A stretch of 64,000 nucleotides of DNA from Armatimonadota bacterium (GTDB lineage: Bacteria > Armatimonadota > SYMT01), in the NCBI GenBank assembly GCA_041690135.1, contig JAWLHY010000007.1, forward strand, positions 288,001-352,000, given 5' to 3'. Of this stretch, positions 39,401-47,924 are shown piece by piece; position 1 is the first letter of the stretch; each line of letters opens with the position of its first letter. The position numbers and the translations under genes are program-made. The notes under the pieces were generated by a model. The model saw only the letters and a list, made by a program, of their open reading frames with translations. It was not told the DNA's origin and did no database searches.

Positions 39401-39668
39401 CGCCGCCTCCCCATGCAACTGGTTGCCGGACCGGAGTTTTAGCGCTCCAAGGCCAGGCTTTCCCTTGACCGGATGTTGAGCAACCGTTGAGCATTTCTAC
39501 GGTACCCTGCCCTACAGTGTCAAGAGAGATTTTAGGGCCAGACAGTTCGGGAACGGCCGCATTTAGCAAGCGGGCATTTGCAATGCAGGTGACGGAGCCT
39601 GCCGGCCCATCCTGGATATCCTGCACATCCTGTTCCTACTCCGCCTGTGCGCGGACGTGGACCCGGTC

Positions 39669-40328
39669 TCAGGTTGGCGGCGGAAGTTCCGCGGAGGGGC
39701 AAAGGTCGTTAAGGGTGCAGCCGGCGCAGTTCGGCTTGCGCGCGGAGCAGACCCGACGCCCGTGCAGGATGATGAGGTGCGAGATCGCCGTCCACTGGGT
39801 GCGCGGGAACTTTTCCATCAGGTCCCGCTCGATCTTCACCGGGTCGGAATGCTCGGTGAGCCCCATCAGGTTGGAGAGCCGCGTCACGTGCGTATCCACG
39901 GCGATCCCTTCCGCGCGGTTGAAGATATTCCCCAGCACCACGTTGGCGGTCTTGCGGGCCACGCCGGGGAGGGTGAGGAGCTCTTCCATCGTGCCCGGCA
40001 CTTCTCCCCCGTAGACTTCCAGAATCCGCTGGCACGCTCCGCGGATATTCTTTGCCTTGTTGCGGTAGAAACCGGTGCTGTGGATGTCTTGCTCCAGCTC
40101 CTCCGCCGGCACGCTCAGGTAGTCCTCTGGAGTGCGGTACTTCTGGAACAGGCTCCGGGTGACGATATTGACTCGTTCATCCGTACACTGCGCGGAAAGG
40201 ATGGTGGCGACCAGGAGCTCCAGCGGGTTCTGGAAGTTCAACTCGCACCGGGGCTCCGGATAGAGCTCGTAGAGGCGCTTGAGGAGTACTCGCGGCGGGA
40301 TCGGCTTGCGTTTTCGGGTGCGCGGCAT
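39669..40328 (-). CDS. nth: Endonuclease III
   Basis: LSAQCTD, LPGVARKTAN HhH, VDTHV, CSARKPNCAGCTLNDLC Fe-S motif. Confidence 0.95.
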   Translation of the reverse strand: MPRTRKRKPIPPRVLLKRLYELYPEPRCELNFQNPLELLVATILSAQCTDERVNIVTRSLFQKYRTPEDYLSVPAEELEQDIHSTGFYRNKAKNIRGACQRILEVYGGEVPGTMEELLTLPGVARKTANVVLGNIFNRAEGIAVDTHVTRLSNLMGLTEHSDPVKIERDLMEKFPRTQWTAISHLIILHGRRVCSARKPNCAGCTLNDLCPSAELPPPT

Positions 40329-40512
40329 GATCTGGATTCTATCCGGGTTGAAGCCGGTCTGGCGGGGCCGGTCCGGCGGAAGGGTTTGCCGAGCGAAGCC
40401 TTTGCGATTGCCGTGGCCTCGCGGGTAGGCGCCGTTTACCACTCTCACCGGGTTCCGGGTACAATGCATTCACTCCTCTCCCGGAGGTTTTTCGGACGAT
40501 CGGAGGTTCGAC

Positions 40513-40848
40513 ATGTCCAGGATCTACCAGAAGTTCCAGGGGATGGTTTCGCGCCGGCGGATCGAGGCGATCCTCGAATCGATGCCGGAAGAGTTGCGTG
40601 TTCCGCTCACGATGGACGACGCCGGCTGGCATGTCGATGAGATCGGGGAGGCGCTGGGCATGAGCGCGCTCGAAGCGAAGCGCTGGCTTCTCCGCGCGCG
40701 GGCGGAGTTTCGCGCCCGGCTTCTCGCGAACGCGGCAGAGAGACCGGGCGCGGCGGAGAGCCCCTTCCCCTGGGATGGGGAGCAACTGCGCCAGTTTTGC
40801 TCCGAGCACGATGTGGCGGCTGCCGTCCGCGGCTTTTACGGCCTGTAG
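40513..40848 (+). CDS. Stand-alone sigma70 region-4-like HTH protein
   Basis: LESMPEELR...DEIGEALGMS...KRWLLRAR; GGAGG RBS. Confidence 0.7.
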   Translation: MSRIYQKFQGMVSRRRIEAILESMPEELRVPLTMDDAGWHVDEIGEALGMSALEAKRWLLRARAEFRARLLANAAERPGAAESPFPWDGEQLRQFCSEHDVAAAVRGFYGL

Positions 40849-40860
40849 CCGGATTCCGGG

Positions 40861-41247
40861 TCAGCGCGGGGGAAGCGGGACGCCGGTCGGGGCTCCGCCC
40901 GCGTTAACCGGCTGGCCCGTGGGCGCCATTCCCGCGGTTGGAATCCTACCGGCTTGGGATGGACCGGCTGCGGGCGACATCCCCGGTGCGGGCGCTATAC
41001 CGGATCCGGGCTGCGGCGTCGGAACGCCCGACCCCGGCGCCGTTCCGGGTCGATTGGCCGCGGGAGTGGGCCCCAGCGAATCGGCGATGTCGCCGACGTC
41101 CCGCATGTAGTTCGTGTAAGGATTGGTCCCACCCCCGCCGGATTTGGGCCGGGGCCGCTCGCGGACGAAGTAGAACCACGTCGCTCCCACCAGCAGCAGG
41201 CTGACAATCCCGATGATTACGGCTGTTGCTCCCCGACTTTCCTGCAT
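40861..41247 (-). CDS. Single-TM protein with Pro/Gly-rich tail
   Basis: GGAGG RBS, one TM helix. Confidence 0.7.
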   Translation of the reverse strand: MQESRGATAVIIGIVSLLLVGATWFYFVRERPRPKSGGGGTNPYTNYMRDVGDIADSLGPTPAANRPGTAPGSGVPTPQPGSGIAPAPGMSPAAGPSQAGRIPTAGMAPTGQPVNAGGAPTGVPLPPR

Positions 41248-41394
41248 GGCCCCTCCCGTTCGGTCCTCGTTGTCGCTGGACGGCGATTCAGCGTGACTGG
41301 GCACCTTCCGGAATCAGTTATCGGTTCGGTCGGCCGCCACTGGAGGGGGTTACCCCGTGCCTGCACCGGACCCGAACTAAAAAACTCCTATTAT

Positions 41395-41689
41395 TTTTGT
41401 GGGCCTGCAGGTAATCCCACTCACCTCGCAGAACCATGGCATGAGAAGCCACAAACATTATGTCGGCAGGCGCTAAGCCTGCCACTCCAGGCAGGTTGGT
41501 TGGTCTTTTCACTTTAGCAACCACGAAGAGCGACCGACATGAAAATTGGCCTGCACCGGCCGGATCTCCAGGATCTCAGCTGACCCGCGGATGTCAGGCC
41601 GATCTGGTGGCTTTGGGTATCACCTGCGGCTTGTGGGCTTGGGCAGTTTCCGAGCACACGGCGAGGTGACGGCAGAAAGGTCCCGAAAA
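41395..41689 (+). ncRNA. Candidate ~290-nt structured RNA of unknown family
   Basis: Several long-range helices with G-U pairs favouring the + strand; no credible ORF. Confidence 0.5.
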
Positions 41690-41798
41690 CTCTGTGTGAC
41701 AGGGAGCGATTTTCCCTGCCGCTTGAGCCAAATCCGGGATATTCTGTGATGTGAATGCTCGACAAGAGCGTAAGTAAACACTCCGAGAGGGACACACA

Positions 41799-42380
41799 AT
41801 GAGCACGAACGGCGCTGAAACAGCGGAAGCGGCCGCAACCCCCACCTGGGCGGCCGGCGAGGTGATCTGGAAGGAGGGCGAGAAAGCCACCCCGATCCGC
41901 GTCAAGAAGGGGATCGTCGCCTACCGGCGCGGCAACATCGCAATCGGCCTGTTGGGTCCGGGACAGGTCATTCTCCCGGTTCCCGGCGTGGCGGGCGGCA
42001 GCGTGGCGGCTACGGATCTCGTGGCGGTCACCGAGACCTCGGCCACCGAGGTTAGCCCGGCCGATATTCAGGGCTCGGACCTGGAAGGCAGCGTGAAGGC
42101 GCTGATCACCGGGGCGGACCGCCTGGGCAATATGCCCCTGGCCCAGCGGCTCGCCGCCATCCTGCTGGAGATGACGGCTCTCACCAGCCACCCGGTGGTG
42201 CATTGCCGCCAGGATGTTCTCGCGATGGTTGCGGCCGCTCGCCGCGAGACCGTCTCCACCATTCTCTCCGTGTGGCGCGACGAAGATTGGATCGACACGC
42301 GCTACAGACGGGTAATCATCCGCGACCGCGATGCCCTTTCTCGCGTGCTGGACGAAGTGCGGGGCGCCGCCACCGCCTAG
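41799..42380 (+). CDS. Crp/Fnr-family transcriptional regulator
   Basis: GEVIWKEGE beta-roll start, QRLAAILL, HTH AARRETVSTILS; GAGGG RBS. Confidence 0.85.
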   Translation: MSTNGAETAEAAATPTWAAGEVIWKEGEKATPIRVKKGIVAYRRGNIAIGLLGPGQVILPVPGVAGGSVAATDLVAVTETSATEVSPADIQGSDLEGSVKALITGADRLGNMPLAQRLAAILLEMTALTSHPVVHCRQDVLAMVAAARRETVSTILSVWRDEDWIDTRYRRVIIRDRDALSRVLDEVRGAATA

Positions 42381-42410
42381 TCCCCGCCGAGGGAAGGTTC
42401 ACGATAGATT

Positions 42411-42444
42411 CGGGGGGCGCCACCGGCGCCCCCCGTTTTCGTTT
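42411..42444 (+). terminator. Intrinsic terminator after the Crp-family gene
   Basis: CGGGGGGCGCC-acc-GGCGCCCCCCG-TTTTCGTTT. Confidence 0.85.
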
Positions 42445-42467
42445 CTCGCCCGCATCAGACTTTGCTA

Positions 42468-43625
42468 TCAACCGTCGCCCGGCACGACGGACACCGGCAA
42501 CCGGCCGTTGACGGCTTTCGCATCCCCCGGCGCCTCCGGGCCGGCACTCACTAGTCGATAGTCTCGGCCGAGGGGCTGGTACTCGAATTCCTTCCCGGTG
42601 AAAGGATCGATTCCCAGGGCGCCGATCCGCAACTCGGCCAGGGATCCGGGCAGCTTGGTCTGTTGCCAGCGGTAACTCCGCACTCGCGCGTGGCACGCGA
42701 GCAGGCGTACCATCGCCGATTCGCGCGTGTAAGTCCGCATCGATTGCCGGAGCACGTTATTCACCGGCCCCAGGAGGCCTTTCGCCAGTTCCGGAGCATC
42801 GGAAATGTCGATCGCTGCGCGCTGCCAGGGCGGCTTCCGCATCTCCGCGAACGCGCGCGCGAACAGCTCGTCAGCGTAGGCTTCCGCCTGCGCGAAGGGG
42901 TTGACGCCTTCAGCCCCTTCCGTTGTGAACTGCTTGCGGTACTCGGCCAGGCGGGTCTTGACGACCTTCCGCTCCGCCTCCAGCATGGGAATCAAGGGGT
43001 CTGATTGGCTCAGCCATTCATGACAGACCTGCGAAAGGAGTTCGCAGTCCCGGAGGGCGAGTTGGTCCAGGTGTCCTCCCAGCGACCGGAGTGTGGAAGC
43101 CCCGATGGCCACCCCGACCATGCCGGTGAGCAGGGAGTCGGTCTGGACCGCGCGCCCCAGTTGGAGCCCCTGTCGCGCTACCAGTATCGCCTCCTGCACT
43201 CGCCCGTCCGCCAGCAGCACGTATTGCTGCATTACCAGCAGGCGACCCAGGCGGCGGAAGCCGTTGATTTCCGGCGGGATCTCGGGGCCGGGTACCTTCT
43301 GCCGGGGCGAAAAAACAGCCTTCGCCAGGCCCTGTTTCACCAGGGCAAGTGCTCGCTTCACGTCGCGCTCCGCGAGGACGCCCCGCTTTGCAGTGAGGGT
43401 GGCCTCCCGGTCGGTCTCGACCTTCCGGAACGGCTCGTTCCCGGCGAGGATGTCCGCGGCGAAGACCAATTCCTCATAGCCGTTCTTGCCCGTCGGCTCG
43501 GGCACAACTTTCTTGAAAACGTTGGGACCCTTGGCCGGCACCGTGACCGGCGTTCCCTGGGCGTAGGCGGCGGTGCCCGCCAGCAGCAATGATAGGCAGA
43601 GGGTCCGTAGATCCGGATGCGGCAT
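42468..43625 (-). CDS. Hypothetical exported helical protein with a T2SS-G-like C-terminal motif
   Basis: Signal peptide; C-terminal LPGSLAEL...DPFTGKEFEY...YRLVSAGP; GGAGG RBS. Confidence 0.7.
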   Translation of the reverse strand: MPHPDLRTLCLSLLLAGTAAYAQGTPVTVPAKGPNVFKKVVPEPTGKNGYEELVFAADILAGNEPFRKVETDREATLTAKRGVLAERDVKRALALVKQGLAKAVFSPRQKVPGPEIPPEINGFRRLGRLLVMQQYVLLADGRVQEAILVARQGLQLGRAVQTDSLLTGMVGVAIGASTLRSLGGHLDQLALRDCELLSQVCHEWLSQSDPLIPMLEAERKVVKTRLAEYRKQFTTEGAEGVNPFAQAEAYADELFARAFAEMRKPPWQRAAIDISDAPELAKGLLGPVNNVLRQSMRTYTRESAMVRLLACHARVRSYRWQQTKLPGSLAELRIGALGIDPFTGKEFEYQPLGRDYRLVSAGPEAPGDAKAVNGRLPVSVVPGDG

Positions 43626-43776
43626 CAGCGTTCCTCCCGAGGTTCTCTGTTTTCCAACGGGTGAGCATTGTCTGAGGTTACGGACGGTCGGAGTGATAAA
43701 CCAATAAGGTTGCCGCCAAAACCGGTTTGCAGTCGTCATCAGTTTTCTCGGATCCCACCTTTCGGAGAGCGCTCTC

Positions 43777-44754
43777 GTGCCGCCGACCACCCAGATGTCC
43801 GCTCTCGACCGCCTCTTCCACCGGCACGGCCTGGGCCCCGTCCGTACGGTCGAGCCGTTAAGTGGCGGACAGCTCAACAACGTCCGGCGCGTGAATGGGG
43901 AATGGGTGCTGCGGTGCCGGGAAGCCGCGCGCTCCACCGGCTCCCTGGTGCGCGAGGCGGCCGTCTCTCAGCGGATTCAGGGCCGCATCCCGATCCCGGA
44001 GCTGATTGCCTCGGGGGTCGATGACCTCCTGGGCGAGTACCTCATTCAGAAGTGGGTTCCCGGGCGCAGCCTGTTGGGGGCCTGGATCGCCAACCCGGAC
44101 GTGCAGACGCGTGAGTGGTGGATCGTCCAGTGGGTTGCAGTGGTCCGCGCTCTGCACGAGGAGCGGTTCGATCAGCCCGGGGAGTTTTGCGGGGCCGAAT
44201 TCAAAGGCGCTGCCAGTTGGCGAAAGTACCTGGAAGCCCGCATCCGGAAACGGTGCGACCTGCTCATGCGAGTTCCCGGCGCGGATCGCGAGCTGGTGCT
44301 GGCGGCCGAGCGCTTCGCCCGGCGGCTCGCGCCCGCCCTGGAAGACGGTCCCTGCTGTCTCATCCACCGCGACCTGCACTTCGGCAACGTGCTGGTGGAA
44401 GGTCCCCACCTGGCCGCGCTTCTCGACTTCGAGCTGGCGGAGGTTGGCCCCCCGGATTACGAGCTCGATACCATCTACCGCTTCCTGCAGTATCCGGCGC
44501 TTTACGCGGAGCCCGGAGCGGCCCAGGGCCTCACGGCCTCCCGCTTCGCCTCCGTCTGGATCCGGCTCAAGCGGGGCTATCCGGAGTTGTTTGCGGTGCG
44601 TTACCTGCGAGAGCGCCTCAGCCTCTATGCCCTCGACCGCGAACTTTCCTGCCTGCTCCAGGTCTACCGGAACGCCTGGGGCCAGGAGCGGGTAATCGAG
44701 GAGATCCTTGGTCGCGTCGGCGTCATCCTCCAGGGCCGGTATGGACCGACGTAG
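43777..44754 (+). CDS. APH/choline-kinase-like phosphotransferase
   Basis: LSGGQLN, HRDLHFGN, DFE motifs. Confidence 0.85.
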   Translation: MPPTTQMSALDRLFHRHGLGPVRTVEPLSGGQLNNVRRVNGEWVLRCREAARSTGSLVREAAVSQRIQGRIPIPELIASGVDDLLGEYLIQKWVPGRSLLGAWIANPDVQTREWWIVQWVAVVRALHEERFDQPGEFCGAEFKGAASWRKYLEARIRKRCDLLMRVPGADRELVLAAERFARRLAPALEDGPCCLIHRDLHFGNVLVEGPHLAALLDFELAEVGPPDYELDTIYRFLQYPALYAEPGAAQGLTASRFASVWIRLKRGYPELFAVRYLRERLSLYALDRELSCLLQVYRNAWGQERVIEEILGRVGVILQGRYGPT

Positions 44755-44765
44755 GGATAGTGAGA

Positions 44766-44827
44766 GTAGGGGAGTGTGGAAGTGCTTGCGCAGCCCATCA
44801 GCCGACATCGCTACCACACTCCCCTAC
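44766..44827. repeat. Inverted repeat built from ~8-nt units between convergent genes
   Basis: gtaggggagtgtgg (44766-44779) and ccacactcccctac (44814-44827) form a perfect 14-bp pair. Confidence 0.8.
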
Positions 44828-44846
44828 CTCGACACCCTCTCCACAC

Positions 44847-46949
44847 CTACTGCGTCGCTTTGCGGATCTGAAGCTGTTTCGGGTCCCACCCCAGCTTCTT
44901 CGTCGTTTCCAGCGGATAGCTCCAGTCCCTGGCTTCCGTGTTGTACAGGACGACCCGGGTGTTCTCGGCTGCCAGCGCCACGGCCTGGGGCACGTCCATG
45001 AACTTCAGCACATTGAGGAGCGCCGGCCCCTGCTGGTGCGATGCCGGGAGATCCCAGAGATCGAGCCGGGCGATCTTCGGCTCGAAGAGGGAGGCGTAAA
45101 GCGCGACTCCGGCCATCGACCGCTCGCCCTGGAGCCACAGCGGCGCCTCGGCCAATGGTTCGAGTGTCCGCAGGGCCTGCGCGGCGCGGCGGACGTCCCA
45201 CACCTGCATTCCCTCCAGGGTCTGGCCCAGCAGCATGAAGCGGCGTCGCACCTGGGTCTGCTTCTTCGGGGTGGGGTCCCAGGCGGTCGGCCCGGCCCCG
45301 CGCGGAGCCACGTAAGCCATGGTCCACTTGAAAGACCGGAACATCTTTTCCGTGTCCGCGAACGCCTGTTTGTCCGCGGCCGGCTCCCCGGCGGCACGGA
45401 TCTCCGCCGCCAACTCCCGCTCGAAGCCGGGACGCATCCCGGCGAGCCACTTTTGCCATCCCTCATCGTCCAGCACGTTCAGGACCGTGAGGTCCGGTTT
45501 CTCCAGGCCCGCGCGGTGTGCCACGTAGAGACGGAGGGGGAGGTGGCTCTCGCTCTGGAAGTCGTAGGCGGTCAGGCTTACCCCGTCCTGTTCGGCCGCA
45601 AGGACTTCCTTCACCTGTAGCTCGCCCGGCTTCTCCGGCCAACCGTTGAAAGACTTCTCTCGCAGCAGCTGCAGCCATTGGTCCCGTTGGCGCTGCCAGT
45701 CCGCCGGGGAAGTCGGCACGGCGGGAGCTTTGGCCCGGTCCACGAAGGTGTCGTGAATGCGCGTGTTGCGTTGGTCGAGCGGCAGCTCGGAAAAAACGCG
45801 GAGTTGCTCCGGCTCGAACAACCGGATGGCGGTGTTCTCCACCGGCGATTCATCGCCCTTCAGGAACCGGTTGAACCAGCGGATGGCGGGGACCTGCAGG
45901 TCCTGCGTGTCCTTGTGCGGTCCTTCGGTGATCAGCAGGCCGAGCTTATCGCCGGCCTTGTTGAGATTGTAGATGCGCCGGACCTGGGCGTGGACGCGGA
46001 CGATCCCTTCCAGCGGGAAGATGGAGTCCTTGTCGGTATTGGAGAGCAGCAGCGGGCGCGGTGCGATCAACGCGGCCACCTGCGCGTAGTCCCACCGGTA
46101 GGTGTTGACCATGAACATACAGTCGCAGTGGCCCTCCACCACGCCGTCCACCACGTGGTTCTCCAGGTCGGTGATCCCCGCCACCGGCACGGCCGCCTTG
46201 ATCCGCTCGTCCAGGGCCGCCACCCACCAGCTATACGCCCCGCCGCCGGAACGACCGGTCACGCCCAGGCGGTCGCGGTCCACTTCAGGGCGGGACTGAA
46301 GGTAATCCAGGGCCCGGATCCCGTTCCAGGCCTCCACTCCCGCGGGCGTGTAGCCGCGCGAGAGCCACCACCACATGCCTTCCCGGAAGGTGCCGTGGTG
46401 GAGCCCTTCGATCTCTCCCAATTGCAGGGTGTCGATGATCAGGCACACGTAACCGTTCCGCGCGAACCAGCCGCCGTGATGCTGGTAATGCGACTTGGCC
46501 CCGTAGCTGATTCCGTTCTTCTTGATATTGCCGTGACCGCACACGTAAAGGATCGCGGGGGCGGGCCGTTCCAGCCCCTTCGGCACATAGAGGTTGCCGG
46601 TAACGTAGAGCCCTGGCCGGGATTGGAACTGTACCCGCTCCACCGTGAACTGGGGGTGCTCCACGCGCCCGGTGACCTGCGCCTGGAGATCCGTCCTTTC
46701 CGGCATCGGCCAGAGGCCCAGCATCTCCTGCAGTTGGCGCCGGTAGGTCTCGCGACGTGCATTCCAGTCTTCCAGCGTGCTCACGTCCGCCAGGCACCGG
46801 TCCGCCAGTTCGCGGGTCTCCGCGCGGAAGTAGTCGCTCAGGACGCGGTCCCCACGGCTGGTGTCGCGCTTCGGGGCGTCGGCGGCCAGCGTGGCCAGGG
46901 AGCCGGAGAGTAGTGTGGCAATCAACAGGAAAAAGGGCAGCTTGTTCAT
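44847..46949 (-). CDS. Exported alpha/beta hydrolase (acetylxylan esterase-like)
   Basis: YVCGH, TGRSGGG nucleophile elbow, HCDC, IAPRPLL, GPH. Confidence 0.85.
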   Translation of the reverse strand: MNKLPFFLLIATLLSGSLATLAADAPKRDTSRGDRVLSDYFRAETRELADRCLADVSTLEDWNARRETYRRQLQEMLGLWPMPERTDLQAQVTGRVEHPQFTVERVQFQSRPGLYVTGNLYVPKGLERPAPAILYVCGHGNIKKNGISYGAKSHYQHHGGWFARNGYVCLIIDTLQLGEIEGLHHGTFREGMWWWLSRGYTPAGVEAWNGIRALDYLQSRPEVDRDRLGVTGRSGGGAYSWWVAALDERIKAAVPVAGITDLENHVVDGVVEGHCDCMFMVNTYRWDYAQVAALIAPRPLLLSNTDKDSIFPLEGIVRVHAQVRRIYNLNKAGDKLGLLITEGPHKDTQDLQVPAIRWFNRFLKGDESPVENTAIRLFEPEQLRVFSELPLDQRNTRIHDTFVDRAKAPAVPTSPADWQRQRDQWLQLLREKSFNGWPEKPGELQVKEVLAAEQDGVSLTAYDFQSESHLPLRLYVAHRAGLEKPDLTVLNVLDDEGWQKWLAGMRPGFERELAAEIRAAGEPAADKQAFADTEKMFRSFKWTMAYVAPRGAGPTAWDPTPKKQTQVRRRFMLLGQTLEGMQVWDVRRAAQALRTLEPLAEAPLWLQGERSMAGVALYASLFEPKIARLDLWDLPASHQQGPALLNVLKFMDVPQAVALAAENTRVVLYNTEARDWSYPLETTKKLGWDPKQLQIRKATQ

Positions 46950-47096
46950 GGGGGAAGTCCGTCCGATAACAATCTGGGGATCCGCGACGGTGGGTCCAGC
47001 CGCGCCTCGGACAAAGAGACCTTTTCCCGTTAGGGCTGCCGAGTCCTTCGTGCTGGCTATATCGGAGTTGCTGGCGGCACAAAGGACTCGGCTGTA

Positions 47097-47924
47097 TTAC
47101 CCGGCAACCGCCTGGACTTCCCACACCAGTTCCTGAACCTTCCTCCGGTCGAGCGTTCCGTGGGCCGTTTGCAGTTCCGCCGGTTGGAGGAAGTGTCGCT
47201 TGTCCAGGTCCAGTCCGGTTGACCTCAAGGTCCGTATCCACAGATCCGTGATCCGGTCCCAGGCCAGATCGCTGGAGTCGCTGCTGGTATGTCGGTTGAC
47301 GAAGAGACAGCGGAGAGACGTGTTTCGGAAGTGGAACGGAGCTCTCCCCAGTTCGTCGGCCAACAGTTGGTCGTACGAGCGCCGGTCGTCGGGAATGGGG
47401 GAGTCGGGACGCATGTCGCTCGGCAGCAAGATGAGGCGCGGCATGACCTCCTCACGGTCGTACAGCCAGGCTGCATGGCGTAAGGCCGAAAGGAGCGCGC
47501 TTCCCCGCGGGGGATTCGTGGGCGTTCGCAGCGAGCGGAGTGTCTGGTCGAGTTCTTTCTTTTCGCGCATCAACTGCAATCCGCGTCCCCGCAGCCCCAG
47601 CCGGGTTGGGGGGAGGAGCACATCACCATCCTGCCCGCTCCTGTTATCTGCTGCGAGCACGCCGAAGCTGGACCCGGCCGGAAGCTCCGCGAGAACGGTT
47701 CGGGCAACCTCCACCGCCTGCGGGAACAGGGCCGGGCTGGAGCGATCGACGATTACCAGCACGGAAAGGGGCTGACGGGCACCGGGACGAGCCGACTGCG
47801 GCGGTGCCGGCTGCGTGGAGACCGCGGGTCGTGTGGTCTCCGGCAGAGTCACGCACCCCGGCAGCAGTAATGCGATGAGCAAAGTGAGCGGACGGCGAAT
47901 GGGATGGCTTCTTGCTGACGTCAT
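47097..47924 (-). CDS. Lipoprotein with a VWA-like domain
   Basis: LPGC lipobox; VLVIVDRSS, GSALLSAL, ILLPSDM. Confidence 0.65.
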   Translation of the reverse strand: MTSARSHPIRRPLTLLIALLLPGCVTLPETTRPAVSTQPAPPQSARPGARQPLSVLVIVDRSSPALFPQAVEVARTVLAELPAGSSFGVLAADNRSGQDGDVLLPPTRLGLRGRGLQLMREKKELDQTLRSLRTPTNPPRGSALLSALRHAAWLYDREEVMPRLILLPSDMRPDSPIPDDRRSYDQLLADELGRAPFHFRNTSLRCLFVNRHTSSDSSDLAWDRITDLWIRTLRSTGLDLDKRHFLQPAELQTAHGTLDRRKVQELVWEVQAVAG

